DNA of 64,000 nucleotides, from the sequence record SRR31156797_3690; one strand, 5' to 3'. The notes beneath the pieces are model-generated. The model had not been told where the DNA came from. It ran no database searches and saw nothing but the letters and a program-made list of their open reading frames with translations. The first letter of the stretch is position 1; each line of letters starts with the position of its first letter. The position numbers and the translations under genes are program-made. This document shows, in pieces, positions 48,975 through 59,377 of this stretch.

Positions 48975-49928
48975 ATGGAAACAGCGCCAATCAGACAAAC
49001 CGTTTCAGTACCTAAAACAAAGAAACAGGATATAAAAATGAAAATCAAGAAAAATCGGCAATTGTACTTGTTTGTGTTGCCAGCATTTTTGATTATTTTG
49101 ATTTTCTCTTATGGACCGATGTATGGAATCATTATTGCATTCAAGGATTATATGCCTTCATTAGGGATTTTGGGCAGTCCTTGGGTTGGATTTAAACATT
49201 TTCAACGTTTCTTCGATTCCTATTATTTTTGGGAACTCATCAAAAATACTTTAGGAATCAGTATCTATTCATTGGTTGTCGGTTTTCCGCTGCCGATCAT
49301 CCTGGCATTGGCTTTGAATGAGATCAAAGACGGCCCGTTTAAAAAGATTACCCAAACAGTCACCTATGCCCCAAACTTTATTGCTGTGGTGGTCATGGTT
49401 GGTATGGTCATTGCTTTCTTATCTCCTTCAACAGGGATCATCAATCACCTATTAGAATTTTTGGGTTTCGAGCGGATCAGCTTTATGACTAATCCCCGTT
49501 GGTTTAAAACGATTTATGTCCTGTCCGGAGTTTGGCAAGGAACGGGATGGGGGTCTGTGATTTATCTGGCAGCTCTATCTGGAGTCGATACGCAACTGCA
49601 CGAAGCGGCAACGATCGATGGCGCTTCTCGTCTGCAACGCGTTTGGTATATCAATATTCCAACGATCATGCCCACGATGGTGATCTTATTGATAATGAGC
49701 TTCGGCAGCTTGATGTCAGTTGGGTTTGAAAAAATCATCTTGATGCAGAATCCTTTGAACATGCAATCCTCGAATGTGATTGCGACCTTTGTTTACCAGC
49801 AAGGGCTGTTAGATGCGCAGTACAGTTTTGCTGCGGCAGTCGGCCTATTTAACTCATTGATCAATTCCGTATTGTTGATCGTAGTCAATCATATTGCCAA
49901 ACGTTTAAGCAATTCTAGTCTATTGTAG
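48975..49928 (+). CDS. Oligosaccharide ABC permease (LplB-like)
   Basis: YGPMYGIIIAFKDY, GWGSVIYLAAL, EAATIDGA; ATG behind AGGAGG. Confidence 0.9.
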   Translation: METAPIRQTVSVPKTKKQDIKMKIKKNRQLYLFVLPAFLIILIFSYGPMYGIIIAFKDYMPSLGILGSPWVGFKHFQRFFDSYYFWELIKNTLGISIYSLVVGFPLPIILALALNEIKDGPFKKITQTVTYAPNFIAVVVMVGMVIAFLSPSTGIINHLLEFLGFERISFMTNPRWFKTIYVLSGVWQGTGWGSVIYLAALSGVDTQLHEAATIDGASRLQRVWYINIPTIMPTMVILLIMSFGSLMSVGFEKIILMQNPLNMQSSNVIATFVYQQGLLDAQYSFAAAVGLFNSLINSVLLIVVNHIAKRLSNSSLL

Positions 49929-49943
49929 GAGGGAGGACCAAAA

Positions 49944-50858
49944 GTGAAAACAACTTCTTTAATAAAAGATACCCGTGCTGATAAAATCTTTTTGATCTTT
50001 GTTTATGTGTTTTTAGCAATTTCATTGCTGATCGTTTTATATCCGCTGATCTATATCGTCAGTGCTTCGATCTCAAATCCGCATCTGGTAAACTCAGGTG
50101 AAATGTGGCTTTTACCAAAAGGAATCACCTTCGAAGGCTATCGAACATTATTGGGCAACAGCAGTATCTGGCGTGGCTATTTGAACACGATCTACTATAC
50201 AGTGTTAGGAACATCGATCAATCTCTTGGTAACCTTGCCTTGTGCCTATGCGTTATCGCGAGAAGATTTTTATGGGCGACGAGCCTTCACCAATTTTATG
50301 CTGGTTACCATGTTCCTGTCTGGTGGCTTGATTCCCAGCTATTTGCTGATTCGCAGCTTAGGTATGCTGAATACCGTTTGGGCACTGGTGATTCCAGGGG
50401 CCGTCTCGGTTTACAATGTGGTTGTCACACGAACGTTTTTTCAATCCACAATTCCGCGAGAGATGGAAGAAGCAGCGATTGTGGATGGTTGTTCCGATTT
50501 TCGTCTATTCATGCAGATCGTTTTACCATTATCAACGCCGATCATTGCGGTAATGGCTTTGTTCTATGGCGTCGGACATTGGAACAGCTTCTTTAACGCA
50601 TTGATCTATCTTTCTGATCGATCGATGTACCCGCTGCAGATGATTTTAAGAGAAATTTTGATTCTTCAAGATATGTCTTCAAATACCGTCAGCAATGTGA
50701 CTTCAGAAATGGCGAATATGCTATACAGCAAACAGCAACTCGCTCAAGTCATCAAATACGGCGTCATGATCGTTTCTTCGTTACCGGTAATCATCGTCTA
50801 TCCGTTCTTACAAAAGTATTTTGTCAAGGGCATGATGGTCGGTTCAATTAAAGGATAA
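49944..50858 (+). CDS. Oligosaccharide ABC permease (LplC-like)
   Basis: SGGLIPSY, EEAAIVDG, HWNSFF, YPFLQKYFVKG. Confidence 0.9.
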   Translation: MKTTSLIKDTRADKIFLIFVYVFLAISLLIVLYPLIYIVSASISNPHLVNSGEMWLLPKGITFEGYRTLLGNSSIWRGYLNTIYYTVLGTSINLLVTLPCAYALSREDFYGRRAFTNFMLVTMFLSGGLIPSYLLIRSLGMLNTVWALVIPGAVSVYNVVVTRTFFQSTIPREMEEAAIVDGCSDFRLFMQIVLPLSTPIIAVMALFYGVGHWNSFFNALIYLSDRSMYPLQMILREILILQDMSSNTVSNVTSEMANMLYSKQQLAQVIKYGVMIVSSLPVIIVYPFLQKYFVKGMMVGSIKG

Positions 50859-50879
50859 AAAAATCAAAGGAGGAAGAAA

Positions 50880-52532
50880 ATGGGATTAAAAAAGAAACTT
50901 TTAGGAATGGCGGGTGTCGCTTTATGCAGTACCCTCGTCTTGGGTGCCTGCGGCAATTCTTCAGATGAGGGAACTGGAGAAAAGAAAGAGGTTGCTATCA
51001 ATCATGACAGCCAATTTCCAATCATCAAAGAAGGCGAAGAGCTGACCTTGAATATCATGGCACCAGGTGTGGGAATGGCCGAGTGGGAAGACATGCCGAC
51101 GCTACAGGATTACCAAGAAAAAACCGGTATCAAACTGACTTATACGACACCGCCATCGGCTGACTTTAGTACGAAACTGAACTTAGCTTTTGCTTCCGGC
51201 GACTTGCCGGATATCGTTTACGGTGCTGGTTCGCAAGCACTGACGGCTTCGATGGAGATCGATTACGGTTCACAAGGGATTTTACTTCCCTTAGAGGAGT
51301 ATATCACGCCAGAAATCATGCCAAATCTTTATGCACTGACGCAAGAAGATCCTTCTATTTTAAAATCGATCACCACGCCAGATGGGCACATTTACTCCTT
51401 ACCAATGATCTCTCGGAATGCGACTTCAATCTGGTGGCAAGGCCCGATGTGGTACAACGGCACGTGGCTAGATAATTTAGGTGTATCAGAACTGCCGAAA
51501 ACCACAGAGGAACTGCAAGAATTGTTGACGCGTTTCAAAGACGAAGATCCTAACGGAAATGGTCAAGCAGACGAGATTCCATTGACGGATGTCGATATGA
51601 ACTCGACACGTGTTTGGTTGATGGCCGCCTTTGGCTTACGGACTCGCGGGATTCAAGTGGACGATGATGTGGTCTCCTACACACCGACATCAGAAAACTA
51701 CAAAGCATTCTTGGAATACATGAATACACTTTACGATGAAGGCTTGCTGGATAAAGAAGTTTATGGACAGTCAGATGAGCAGAAAAAAGCGAAGGGTGAA
51801 AACAATCAACTAGGGCTTTTTGCCGACTATTTCAGCTTCTTTACTACTGGTCGCAGTGAGGCAGAGGCGATGAACGATCCGATGTTCCAACCGTTGACCT
51901 CTGAATGGGCACCAGAAGCCAAGATTCCTGGCAGTCCACGAATCTCTCGGGGAACTTTTGCATTGACCAATGTCAATCCTTCCCCAGAAGCTTCCATGCG
52001 TTGGGTGGATTACTTCTATTCGGAAGAAGGCACAAAATATATTGAACAAGGGCCAGAAGGTGTTCTTTGGGAGTACCAAGAAAATGCGGATGGCGAAAAA
52101 GTCCGGGTTTATGTGGATGGCATTGATACAGACAACACGGAAGACGAACGCGGCAAAATCACGCCGGCATATGGATTGACTACACCAAACATAGTCATTG
52201 ATACAACAGGTGAATACCATATTCGCAAAACGGCTGATGAAGAACCAGATACTCGTTTTAGTGATTGGGTTGCACAAGAAACGGCAGAAAAGATGGAAGA
52301 CATCGCTGAAGTACCATTCCCGCTACTGTATTTAACGATTGAAGAAAATGACAAAGTAGCAGCCACTGCCACTGATTTGACAACTTATGTAGAACAAATG
52401 GAAGCGAAGTTTATCACAGGTGTCGAGCCATTAGACAATTGGGACGATTATGTGAAAACGATCGAAGCAATGGGCATTGACGAATATGTCGAAGTCTATC
52501 AAACGGCCTATGACCGCTGGAAAGCAAACTAA
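50880..52532 (+). CDS. Oligosaccharide ABC substrate-binding lipoprotein (LplA-like)
   Basis: Lipobox VLGAC, ASGDLPD, DGHIYSLP, DPNGNGQADEIP. Confidence 0.9.
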   Translation: MGLKKKLLGMAGVALCSTLVLGACGNSSDEGTGEKKEVAINHDSQFPIIKEGEELTLNIMAPGVGMAEWEDMPTLQDYQEKTGIKLTYTTPPSADFSTKLNLAFASGDLPDIVYGAGSQALTASMEIDYGSQGILLPLEEYITPEIMPNLYALTQEDPSILKSITTPDGHIYSLPMISRNATSIWWQGPMWYNGTWLDNLGVSELPKTTEELQELLTRFKDEDPNGNGQADEIPLTDVDMNSTRVWLMAAFGLRTRGIQVDDDVVSYTPTSENYKAFLEYMNTLYDEGLLDKEVYGQSDEQKKAKGENNQLGLFADYFSFFTTGRSEAEAMNDPMFQPLTSEWAPEAKIPGSPRISRGTFALTNVNPSPEASMRWVDYFYSEEGTKYIEQGPEGVLWEYQENADGEKVRVYVDGIDTDNTEDERGKITPAYGLTTPNIVIDTTGEYHIRKTADEEPDTRFSDWVAQETAEKMEDIAEVPFPLLYLTIEENDKVAATATDLTTYVEQMEAKFITGVEPLDNWDDYVKTIEAMGIDEYVEVYQTAYDRWKAN

Positions 52533-52548
52533 TATCATACGATAAGGG

Positions 52549-52586
52549 AAACGGGTCGAGACAATCAATCTCCACCCGTTTTTTTT
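52549..52586 (+). terminator. Internal terminator or stabilising hairpin after the SBP gene
   Basis: AAACGGGT.GAGA...TCTC.ACCCGTTT plus a T run. Confidence 0.7.
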
Positions 52587-52616
52587 CAAAAAATAGATAG
52601 AGGAGTCAAATGAAAA

Positions 52617-55600
52617 ATGAGAGTTATGCAGCCTTACGAGTTTGAACGCATCCGAAAAATTTTCTACAAATTAAAACAGTACCGTGTACGCTATCAACAG
52701 CCAATAGACCCACTTTTTTTAAAACAAGAGGATTGGGTACCGTATGAGCAAGGGAGTTATTTCGGAGAAAAAAACACCTATTATCAGCTGAAAGGCAGCT
52801 TTCAAGTTCCCAATGATTGGGTAGGGAATCCTTGTGTCTTACAAGTCTATTCAAGCCTCTCAGAGTGGGACAACACCACCAATCCCCAAATCAAAATTTA
52901 TTTGGACGATACCTATGTCCAAGCTATCGATGTCAATCATCGAGAGGTCACTTTGGCTGAAGGATATCAACAAAAAGCAGTCAAACTGAAGATTGATCTG
53001 TTCTCGGGCCGTTCCGATAAACCATTCCCACTGCATATCAACTTATTGGCATTGGATCCTGTCGTCAATGAACTCTGGTTTGATTTTTATACGCTGTTTG
53101 ATAGTTGGCGTGCCATTCGTGCGTTTGGCGGTGACGAAGCATTTTATCAACAAGTTCTTGGTCAAGTCGCCAATGTCTTGGATTTTCGTACGCCCTACTC
53201 AGCGGCATTCTATGAAAGTCTCGCAAAAGCCAAGCAACTGCTTGCGTCATGTTACTTACCAGCGCATACACCAAAACAAAAAGTGACGGCTGTCGGCCAT
53301 ACCCACATCGATCTGGCGTGGCTTTGGACGGCACAGCAAGCAATTGAAAAAGGTGAGCGCAGTTTCCAGACGGTCTTGAAATTGATGGAGGAGTATCCAG
53401 ATTACACGTTTTTTCAAAGCCAACCACAACTGTATCTCTCCATGAAAACACATTATCCTGAACTTTACGCTGCAATCAAAGAAAAAGTTCGAGAAGGAAG
53501 ATGGGAAGTTGACGGGGCGATGTGGGTGGAAGCCGATTGCAATTTGACTTCAGGGGAATCACTGGTTCGTCAGATCCTTTATGGCAAACGGTTTATGAAA
53601 GAGGAATTTCAAGTCGATAGCCGAGTCTTATGGCTTCCAGACGTCTTCGGTTATTCAGCCGCCTTACCGCAAATTTTACGCAAAACAAATACGCCCTACT
53701 TTATGACGACGAAGCTGTCATGGAACCAGTTCAATCAAATTCCTTTTGATTCTTTCTACTGGCAAGGAATTGATGGCAGCCGAGTTTTGACGCATTTTAT
53801 TACCACCATCAGTGAAGGGTACAGTCCCAGAGATTATTACACGACATATAATGGATTGCTAGATCCTTACACGATCAAAGGCAGTTTTGAACGTTATCAG
53901 CAAAAAGATCAGCACGACGAAATTTTGATTGCCTATGGGTATGGTGACGGTGGCGGAGGCCCGACGAAAGAGATGCTAGAAGTCCAGAAACGGCTGCAAA
54001 AAACATTGCCGGATATGCCGACGATTACTGGCAATCATGTGGGGGGCTTTTTTGATCGACTGGCAGATTCTTTTAAGGAAAAATCTGGCCCAGTCTGGTA
54101 CGGCGAATTGTACTTTGAATACCATCGTGGAACACTGACTTCGATTGGCAAAAACAAGAAGGCCAATCGCCAAGGAGAATTTTTCTTACAGACGATTGAA
54201 AAACTTTATAGTATTTGTGCAATCAATCGTTATCCGCAAGCTGAATTAGAACAACTTTGGAAACAGCTGCTATTTAATCAATTCCATGACATTCTGCCGG
54301 GAAGCTCGATCAAAGAAGTTTATGATCAGACGGATCAAGAGTATCAACAGCTCTTTGATAAAGGCTGCAAGCTGATCGAAACTTTGTTTCCAGCGGTGCA
54401 AGCAGCCGAAGCTACGTCATGGCATGTCTTTAATCCGCTGGGACAAGAGCGGACGGGTCTGGTCTATTTATACGATCAGACAGGGATCAAAGAAGCTTAC
54501 CTGACTCAGCGGACCTATGATGACCGGCTCTTAGTCAAAATTCCCGCCATGGCTGGATTGAGCTGCAAAACACTGACCCCTGTCTCAGCTGTGCCTCAAT
54601 CAAAGCAAGTGGCAATGCGGCTGGAGGAATCGTTTGAAACGGTTGATTTTAAAGTGATTTTTGACGAACACTTTGACATCATCTCTTTATTTGACAAACG
54701 GCAGCAGCGAGAAATCGTGCCAAAAGGCGAGCGGTTGAATCAGTTAGTGGCTTACGAAGATCTGCCAATGGATTATGATGCGTGGGACATTGATATTTAT
54801 TACCAGAAGAAGCCTTATCCTGTGAAGCAAGTTCTCTCAGCTGAGGTTGTTGAGCAAGGGGAGATTCGCGATACCTTGAAGATCAAACGTCAGTTTGAAG
54901 ATTCTTTTATTACGCAATGGCTGCATTTTTACCATGGCACGGGAAGAATCGATTTTGAAACAGCGGTTGATTGGCACCAGCATCAACTGCTGTTAAAGGC
55001 ATTGATGCCGATTGATGTTAACACATTGGAAGCAACGTTTGATATTCAATTCGGGCAGGTAAAACGACCTGTGCATCAAAACACGACATGGGACCAAGCA
55101 CGTTTTGAGAGCTGTGGTCAAAAATGGGTTGATCTCTCAGAAGGAAATTATGGGGTTAGTATTTTGACAGATTCGAAATATGGGTTCAATACGGATTATC
55201 AAAAGATCGGGCTTTCTTTGATCAAATCGCCGATCGATCCGTATCCAGAAGCGGATCAAGGCTTTCATGAGTTTACCTACTCCTTGTACGCCCACGAAGG
55301 GACTTGGCAAGACGCGCAAACGATGGAAGAAGCTTTGGCATTGAATGTTCCCGTTCTAACCGTTCCAAGTGTGCCACAACTATCAGCAGAAGCTTTTCTA
55401 GCAGTCGATCAAAAGAATGTCTTGCTGGATACGGTGAAAAAAGCCGAAGATGAAGAGGCACTGATCGTGCGGTTGTATGAATATCACAATCAAACCACCG
55501 CCTGTCAATTGCGTTGCCAAAAAAGAATCAAAAAAGCGGTTTTAACGAATCTTTTGGAAGAAACCGTCGCTGAACTGCCGGTCGAGCCGCTGGATGCCCA

Positions 55601-55664
55601 AAGCATCACAATCCATTTCCAGCCTTTTGAGATCCAGACCATCATGCTTTATTTAGAAGACTAA
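52617..55664 (+). CDS. GH38 alpha-mannosidase
   Basis: GHTHIDLAWLW, GESLVRQ, WLPDVFGYS, GYGDGGGGP, QFHDILPGS. Confidence 0.95.
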   Translation: MRVMQPYEFERIRKIFYKLKQYRVRYQQPIDPLFLKQEDWVPYEQGSYFGEKNTYYQLKGSFQVPNDWVGNPCVLQVYSSLSEWDNTTNPQIKIYLDDTYVQAIDVNHREVTLAEGYQQKAVKLKIDLFSGRSDKPFPLHINLLALDPVVNELWFDFYTLFDSWRAIRAFGGDEAFYQQVLGQVANVLDFRTPYSAAFYESLAKAKQLLASCYLPAHTPKQKVTAVGHTHIDLAWLWTAQQAIEKGERSFQTVLKLMEEYPDYTFFQSQPQLYLSMKTHYPELYAAIKEKVREGRWEVDGAMWVEADCNLTSGESLVRQILYGKRFMKEEFQVDSRVLWLPDVFGYSAALPQILRKTNTPYFMTTKLSWNQFNQIPFDSFYWQGIDGSRVLTHFITTISEGYSPRDYYTTYNGLLDPYTIKGSFERYQQKDQHDEILIAYGYGDGGGGPTKEMLEVQKRLQKTLPDMPTITGNHVGGFFDRLADSFKEKSGPVWYGELYFEYHRGTLTSIGKNKKANRQGEFFLQTIEKLYSICAINRYPQAELEQLWKQLLFNQFHDILPGSSIKEVYDQTDQEYQQLFDKGCKLIETLFPAVQAAEATSWHVFNPLGQERTGLVYLYDQTGIKEAYLTQRTYDDRLLVKIPAMAGLSCKTLTPVSAVPQSKQVAMRLEESFETVDFKVIFDEHFDIISLFDKRQQREIVPKGERLNQLVAYEDLPMDYDAWDIDIYYQKKPYPVKQVLSAEVVEQGEIRDTLKIKRQFEDSFITQWLHFYHGTGRIDFETAVDWHQHQLLLKALMPIDVNTLEATFDIQFGQVKRPVHQNTTWDQARFESCGQKWVDLSEGNYGVSILTDSKYGFNTDYQKIGLSLIKSPIDPYPEADQGFHEFTYSLYAHEGTWQDAQTMEEALALNVPVLTVPSVPQLSAEAFLAVDQKNVLLDTVKKAEDEEALIVRLYEYHNQTTACQLRCQKRIKKAVLTNLLEETVAELPVEPLDAQSITIHFQPFEIQTIMLYLED

Positions 55665-55670
55665 ATAGAA

Positions 55671-57926
55671 ATGGAGAAGCATATGATTGAGACACTTTTA
55701 CGGCAAATGACGTTGAAAGAAAAAATCGGCCAGCTGAATCAGCGTCTGTATGGTTGGGAAGTTTATGAAAAAACTAACGGAAAAATTATGTTGACTGAAA
55801 CCTTTAAAAAAGAAGTAGCTCGTTTTGGCAGTCTTGGCTGGATTTACGGCGTGTTTCGAGCTGATCCTTGGTCAGGTAGAAATCAGCAAACAGGCCTGAC
55901 GACCACGGAGTCCTATGAGCTGTCCCTTATGATTCAAACTTATTTGCAGGAGCACACTCGGCTGGGGATTCCGGCCCTTCTCAGTGAAGAGTGTCCTCAC
56001 GGGCACCAAGGTTTAGAAGCGACGACGTTTCCGGTCAATTTTAGTGTTGGTTCTAGTTGGAATCCAGAGCTGTATCAAGCGGCCCAAACTATCACTGCTC
56101 AAGAGATTCGGGCAAAAGGAGCCCATGTTGGCTTGGTTTCCGCATTGGACATTGCTAGAGATCCGCGTTGGGGGCGAACTGAAGAATGTTTCAGTGAAGA
56201 TCCGTTTTTAACCAGCAGCTTTACCAAAGCGGCCGTCAGAGGATTACAAGGATCAAAAACAACGATAGAAAAGCAGAACGTTTTAGCGGTATTGAAGCAC
56301 TTTGCTGCCCAAGGTGCAGGAATGGGGGGACACAATGCAGGGCCAGTGGCAATCGGTGATCGGGAATTCCGCGAGATCCATCTGCCACCAATGAAAGCAG
56401 GGATTGCTGCTGGGGCCTTGGGGTGTATGGCTGCATACAATGATCTAGATGGTGTTCCTTGCCATGCTAATGCTTATTTGTTACAAGAGGTTTTACGAGA
56501 AGAAAGTGGCTTTACGGGAATTGTGATGGCCGATGGGTGCGGGCTAGATCGGATTGCTGACTGGCTGGGGAGCCGCCCGCAAGCGGCCGCCAAATCCTTG
56601 ACCAGCGGTGTGGATGTTAGTTTATGGGATGAAGTTTTCCCAGTGTTAGAAGAAGCTGTCCTTGAGGGGCTACTTGCGGAAACGGCGATCGATGATGCAG
56701 TCCGTCGTGTGCTTCTTTTGAAAGAAAAACTTGGCTTGTTTAAAGAAGCAACGCCCCGTGTTTCATTGCCCCGTAAAGAAAAGGCGCAACAAGTTGCCTT
56801 GAAATTGGCGGAGGAATCGATTGTTTTACTAGAGAACAATGGTATTTTGCCTTTGAAGAAAACGCGACAAAAGATTGCCGTCATCGGTCCTCACGTTAAA
56901 CAGCTCTATCATCAGCTGGGGGATTATACGCCATTCAAGGAAGAAACAACATGTACGACCCTTTGGGAAGGTTTGACCAGTTTAAGTACGCATCAAGCTG
57001 ACTTCTTCTACGAGAAAGGCTGCGAAATCTCTAGTGGCACACTGGCTCAACGAAGGCAAGCCTGTCAGATTGCAGAAAAAGCGGATGTCGTCTTAGTGAC
57101 GATCGGCGGCTCCAGTGCCCGTGATTTCACAACGGATTTTGACAAAAACGGTGCCGCCTTAAGGGGATCTCAGGAAATGACCAGTGGAGAAAACATCGAC
57201 TTGGCTACCCTCGATTTGCCGCAATGCCAGTTGGATTTACTGTTTGCGTTGAAGAAGAGTAAAAAGCCGCTGATTGGGATCGTGATTTCCGGTCGACCGC
57301 ATTGCTTAGCTCCTTTGAAAGACTTGTTCGATGGGGTGCTTTACGCTGGCTATCCCGGCCAATATGGAGGGGAAGCGATTGCTCGGATCCTTTTTGGCGA
57401 AACGGTACCTAGTGGGAAATTAGCAGTTTCTATTCCTGATACAGTTGGACAACTGCCTGTCTGTTATAATTATCGCAACACAGCGTTTCAAAAAGACTAC
57501 CTCGATCAAAAAGGCGCACCAGTATATTTTTTTGGTTATGGGCTTAGTTATGCCTCTTTTATTTGCAGCTCGGTTTCGGCTGAATATGCAGGGGAAGGCA
57601 TTATCGTCAGTGGCACACTTGAAAATCATTCTACTGTGTCTGGTAAAGAAGTGGTCCAATGCTATCTAAAAGAGTATACAAAAGCATATGTGCCGAGGAA
57701 AAAAGTCTTATGCGGCTTTCAAAAAGTATGGGTGCCTAGTCAAGGACAAGCAACTTTTCAACTCGTGATCGGTGAAGCATCATTGCAGCAGCTGGCAATT
57801 TCCTTGGAAGAAACAACATCGTTTTGTCTGGAAGTCGAAACAGCAGGTCAGCGGTATCGATTTGTATTTCAACGGTCCAACCCTGACCGCACGTGGCAGG
57901 TAATTCAGAAAGGAGCAAAAGAATGA
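55671..57926 (+). CDS. GH3 glycoside hydrolase (beta-glucosidase/beta-xylosidase)
   Basis: TRLGIP, EECPHG, RDPRWGR.EE, KHFAA, IVMAD nucleophile, FGYGLSY. Confidence 0.9.
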   Translation: MEKHMIETLLRQMTLKEKIGQLNQRLYGWEVYEKTNGKIMLTETFKKEVARFGSLGWIYGVFRADPWSGRNQQTGLTTTESYELSLMIQTYLQEHTRLGIPALLSEECPHGHQGLEATTFPVNFSVGSSWNPELYQAAQTITAQEIRAKGAHVGLVSALDIARDPRWGRTEECFSEDPFLTSSFTKAAVRGLQGSKTTIEKQNVLAVLKHFAAQGAGMGGHNAGPVAIGDREFREIHLPPMKAGIAAGALGCMAAYNDLDGVPCHANAYLLQEVLREESGFTGIVMADGCGLDRIADWLGSRPQAAAKSLTSGVDVSLWDEVFPVLEEAVLEGLLAETAIDDAVRRVLLLKEKLGLFKEATPRVSLPRKEKAQQVALKLAEESIVLLENNGILPLKKTRQKIAVIGPHVKQLYHQLGDYTPFKEETTCTTLWEGLTSLSTHQADFFYEKGCEISSGTLAQRRQACQIAEKADVVLVTIGGSSARDFTTDFDKNGAALRGSQEMTSGENIDLATLDLPQCQLDLLFALKKSKKPLIGIVISGRPHCLAPLKDLFDGVLYAGYPGQYGGEAIARILFGETVPSGKLAVSIPDTVGQLPVCYNYRNTAFQKDYLDQKGAPVYFFGYGLSYASFICSSVSAEYAGEGIIVSGTLENHSTVSGKEVVQCYLKEYTKAYVPRKKVLCGFQKVWVPSQGQATFQLVIGEASLQQLAISLEETTSFCLEVETAGQRYRFVFQRSNPDRTWQVIQKGAKE

Positions 57927-59308
57927 TTCAATTTCCAAAAAACTTTTTATGGGGAGCGGCCGCGTCAGCACCACAAACCGAGGGGGCCGCAGTGGTTGAC
58001 GGCAAAAGTCCCTCTACATGGGACAAATGGTTTGAGTTGGAGCCGTCACGCTTTTACGATGGTGTCGGACCAAGCGACACCTCAAATACCTACTATCAAT
58101 ACCGGGAAGACGTAGCAAACATGAAGGCCATGAACTTGAATTCCTATCGGACATCGATTGCATGGACCCGCTTATTACCAGATGGAAAAACATTGAATCA
58201 GACGGCAGTCCGGTTTTATCGGGCATATTTTCAGGAAATGCTGGATCAAGGCATCGAACCGATCATTAATTTGTTTCATTTTGACATGCCTTGGTGGCTG
58301 ATGGAAAAAGGAGGCTGGGAGGCGCGGGAATCCGTGGACCATTTTGCATTTTATGCAAAAACTGCTTTTGAACAATTTGGCGATTTAGTGAAAAAATGGG
58401 CGACCTTTAATGAACCATTGGTGCATATTGAATGTGGGTATTACGGAGATGCTCATTGGCCGCAAGTGCGTGATTTCAAGCGGGCAATTCAAGTTGGTTA
58501 TCATACCTTGTTAGCCCATGCGAAGGCAGTTGCTGAGTTTCGTAAAATCGCACTTCCTGATGGAGAAATCTGTATCATCTTGAATTTGTCACCTGTTTAT
58601 CCAAAAAGTCAAGAAGCGGCTGATCGAGAAGCCGCTGAATGGGCAGATCTCTTGTATATTCGCAGTTTTTTGGACTGTGTCGTTTATGGACAATTTCCAG
58701 AAAAGCTAACGAGCTTATTCAAGGAGCATCACTTGTCCCCTGAATGTGAAGCAACAGATGCGGAAATTTTTCGTGAAAATACCGTAGATTTTATTGGTTG
58801 CAATTATTATCAACCGTTGCGGATCCAAGCACCACTTCCGCAGAAGGCAGCATCCGGTCCCTTTGAGCCACGTCAGTTATTTCGTGGGTACGATTGGCCA
58901 GAGAAAAAAATCAATCCTCATCGCGGCTGGGAAATCTATCCAGAAGGGATTTACGATATCGCGATGCGTCTAAAGAATGACTATCAAAACATGCCATGGT
59001 TTGTTTCCGAAAATGGCATGGGGGTATCTGAGGAAGAACGGTTCATGGACGCCACGGGGCAGGTCAATGATACGTATCGGATCGCCTTTGTTGAAGACCA
59101 TTTGCGTCAGCTGCATCATGCAATCGAAGACGGGTCTCCTTGTTTCGGTTACCATATGTGGACCTTTATGGATTGCTGGAGCTGGTTGAATGCATATAAA
59201 AACCGTTATGGGTTTTATCGAGTGGATTTGAAAAATGACTTCAAGCGTTATCCCAAAGCGTCCAGTTTTTGGTTGGCAGAAGTAGCTGCCAAGAATGCCC
59301 TTGATTGA
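57923..59308 (+). CDS. GH1 glycoside hydrolase
   Basis: FLWGAAASAPQTEG, TFNEP, SENG, DCWSW.NAYKNRYG; ATGA overlap with the GH3 stop. Confidence 0.92.
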   Translation: MIQFPKNFLWGAAASAPQTEGAAVVDGKSPSTWDKWFELEPSRFYDGVGPSDTSNTYYQYREDVANMKAMNLNSYRTSIAWTRLLPDGKTLNQTAVRFYRAYFQEMLDQGIEPIINLFHFDMPWWLMEKGGWEARESVDHFAFYAKTAFEQFGDLVKKWATFNEPLVHIECGYYGDAHWPQVRDFKRAIQVGYHTLLAHAKAVAEFRKIALPDGEICIILNLSPVYPKSQEAADREAAEWADLLYIRSFLDCVVYGQFPEKLTSLFKEHHLSPECEATDAEIFRENTVDFIGCNYYQPLRIQAPLPQKAASGPFEPRQLFRGYDWPEKKINPHRGWEIYPEGIYDIAMRLKNDYQNMPWFVSENGMGVSEEERFMDATGQVNDTYRIAFVEDHLRQLHHAIEDGSPCFGYHMWTFMDCWSWLNAYKNRYGFYRVDLKNDFKRYPKASSFWLAEVAAKNALD

Positions 59309-59334
59309 TCAAAGTGTCCTTAGAAGAAAAAATA

Positions 59335-59364
59335 CCGCAGGAAAACTTTCCTGCGGACTTCTTT
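59335..59364. terminator. Hairpin between convergent GH1 and RpiR genes
   Basis: CCGCAGGAA...TTCCTGCGG. Confidence 0.65.
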
Positions 59365-59377
59365 GGCTATGAATATT

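Noticed and set aside
57462-57473. Other TAATTAT seed matches (here in GH3, also near 26518)
   Set aside because: Inside coding sequence and not preceded by a TTTAA-like motif
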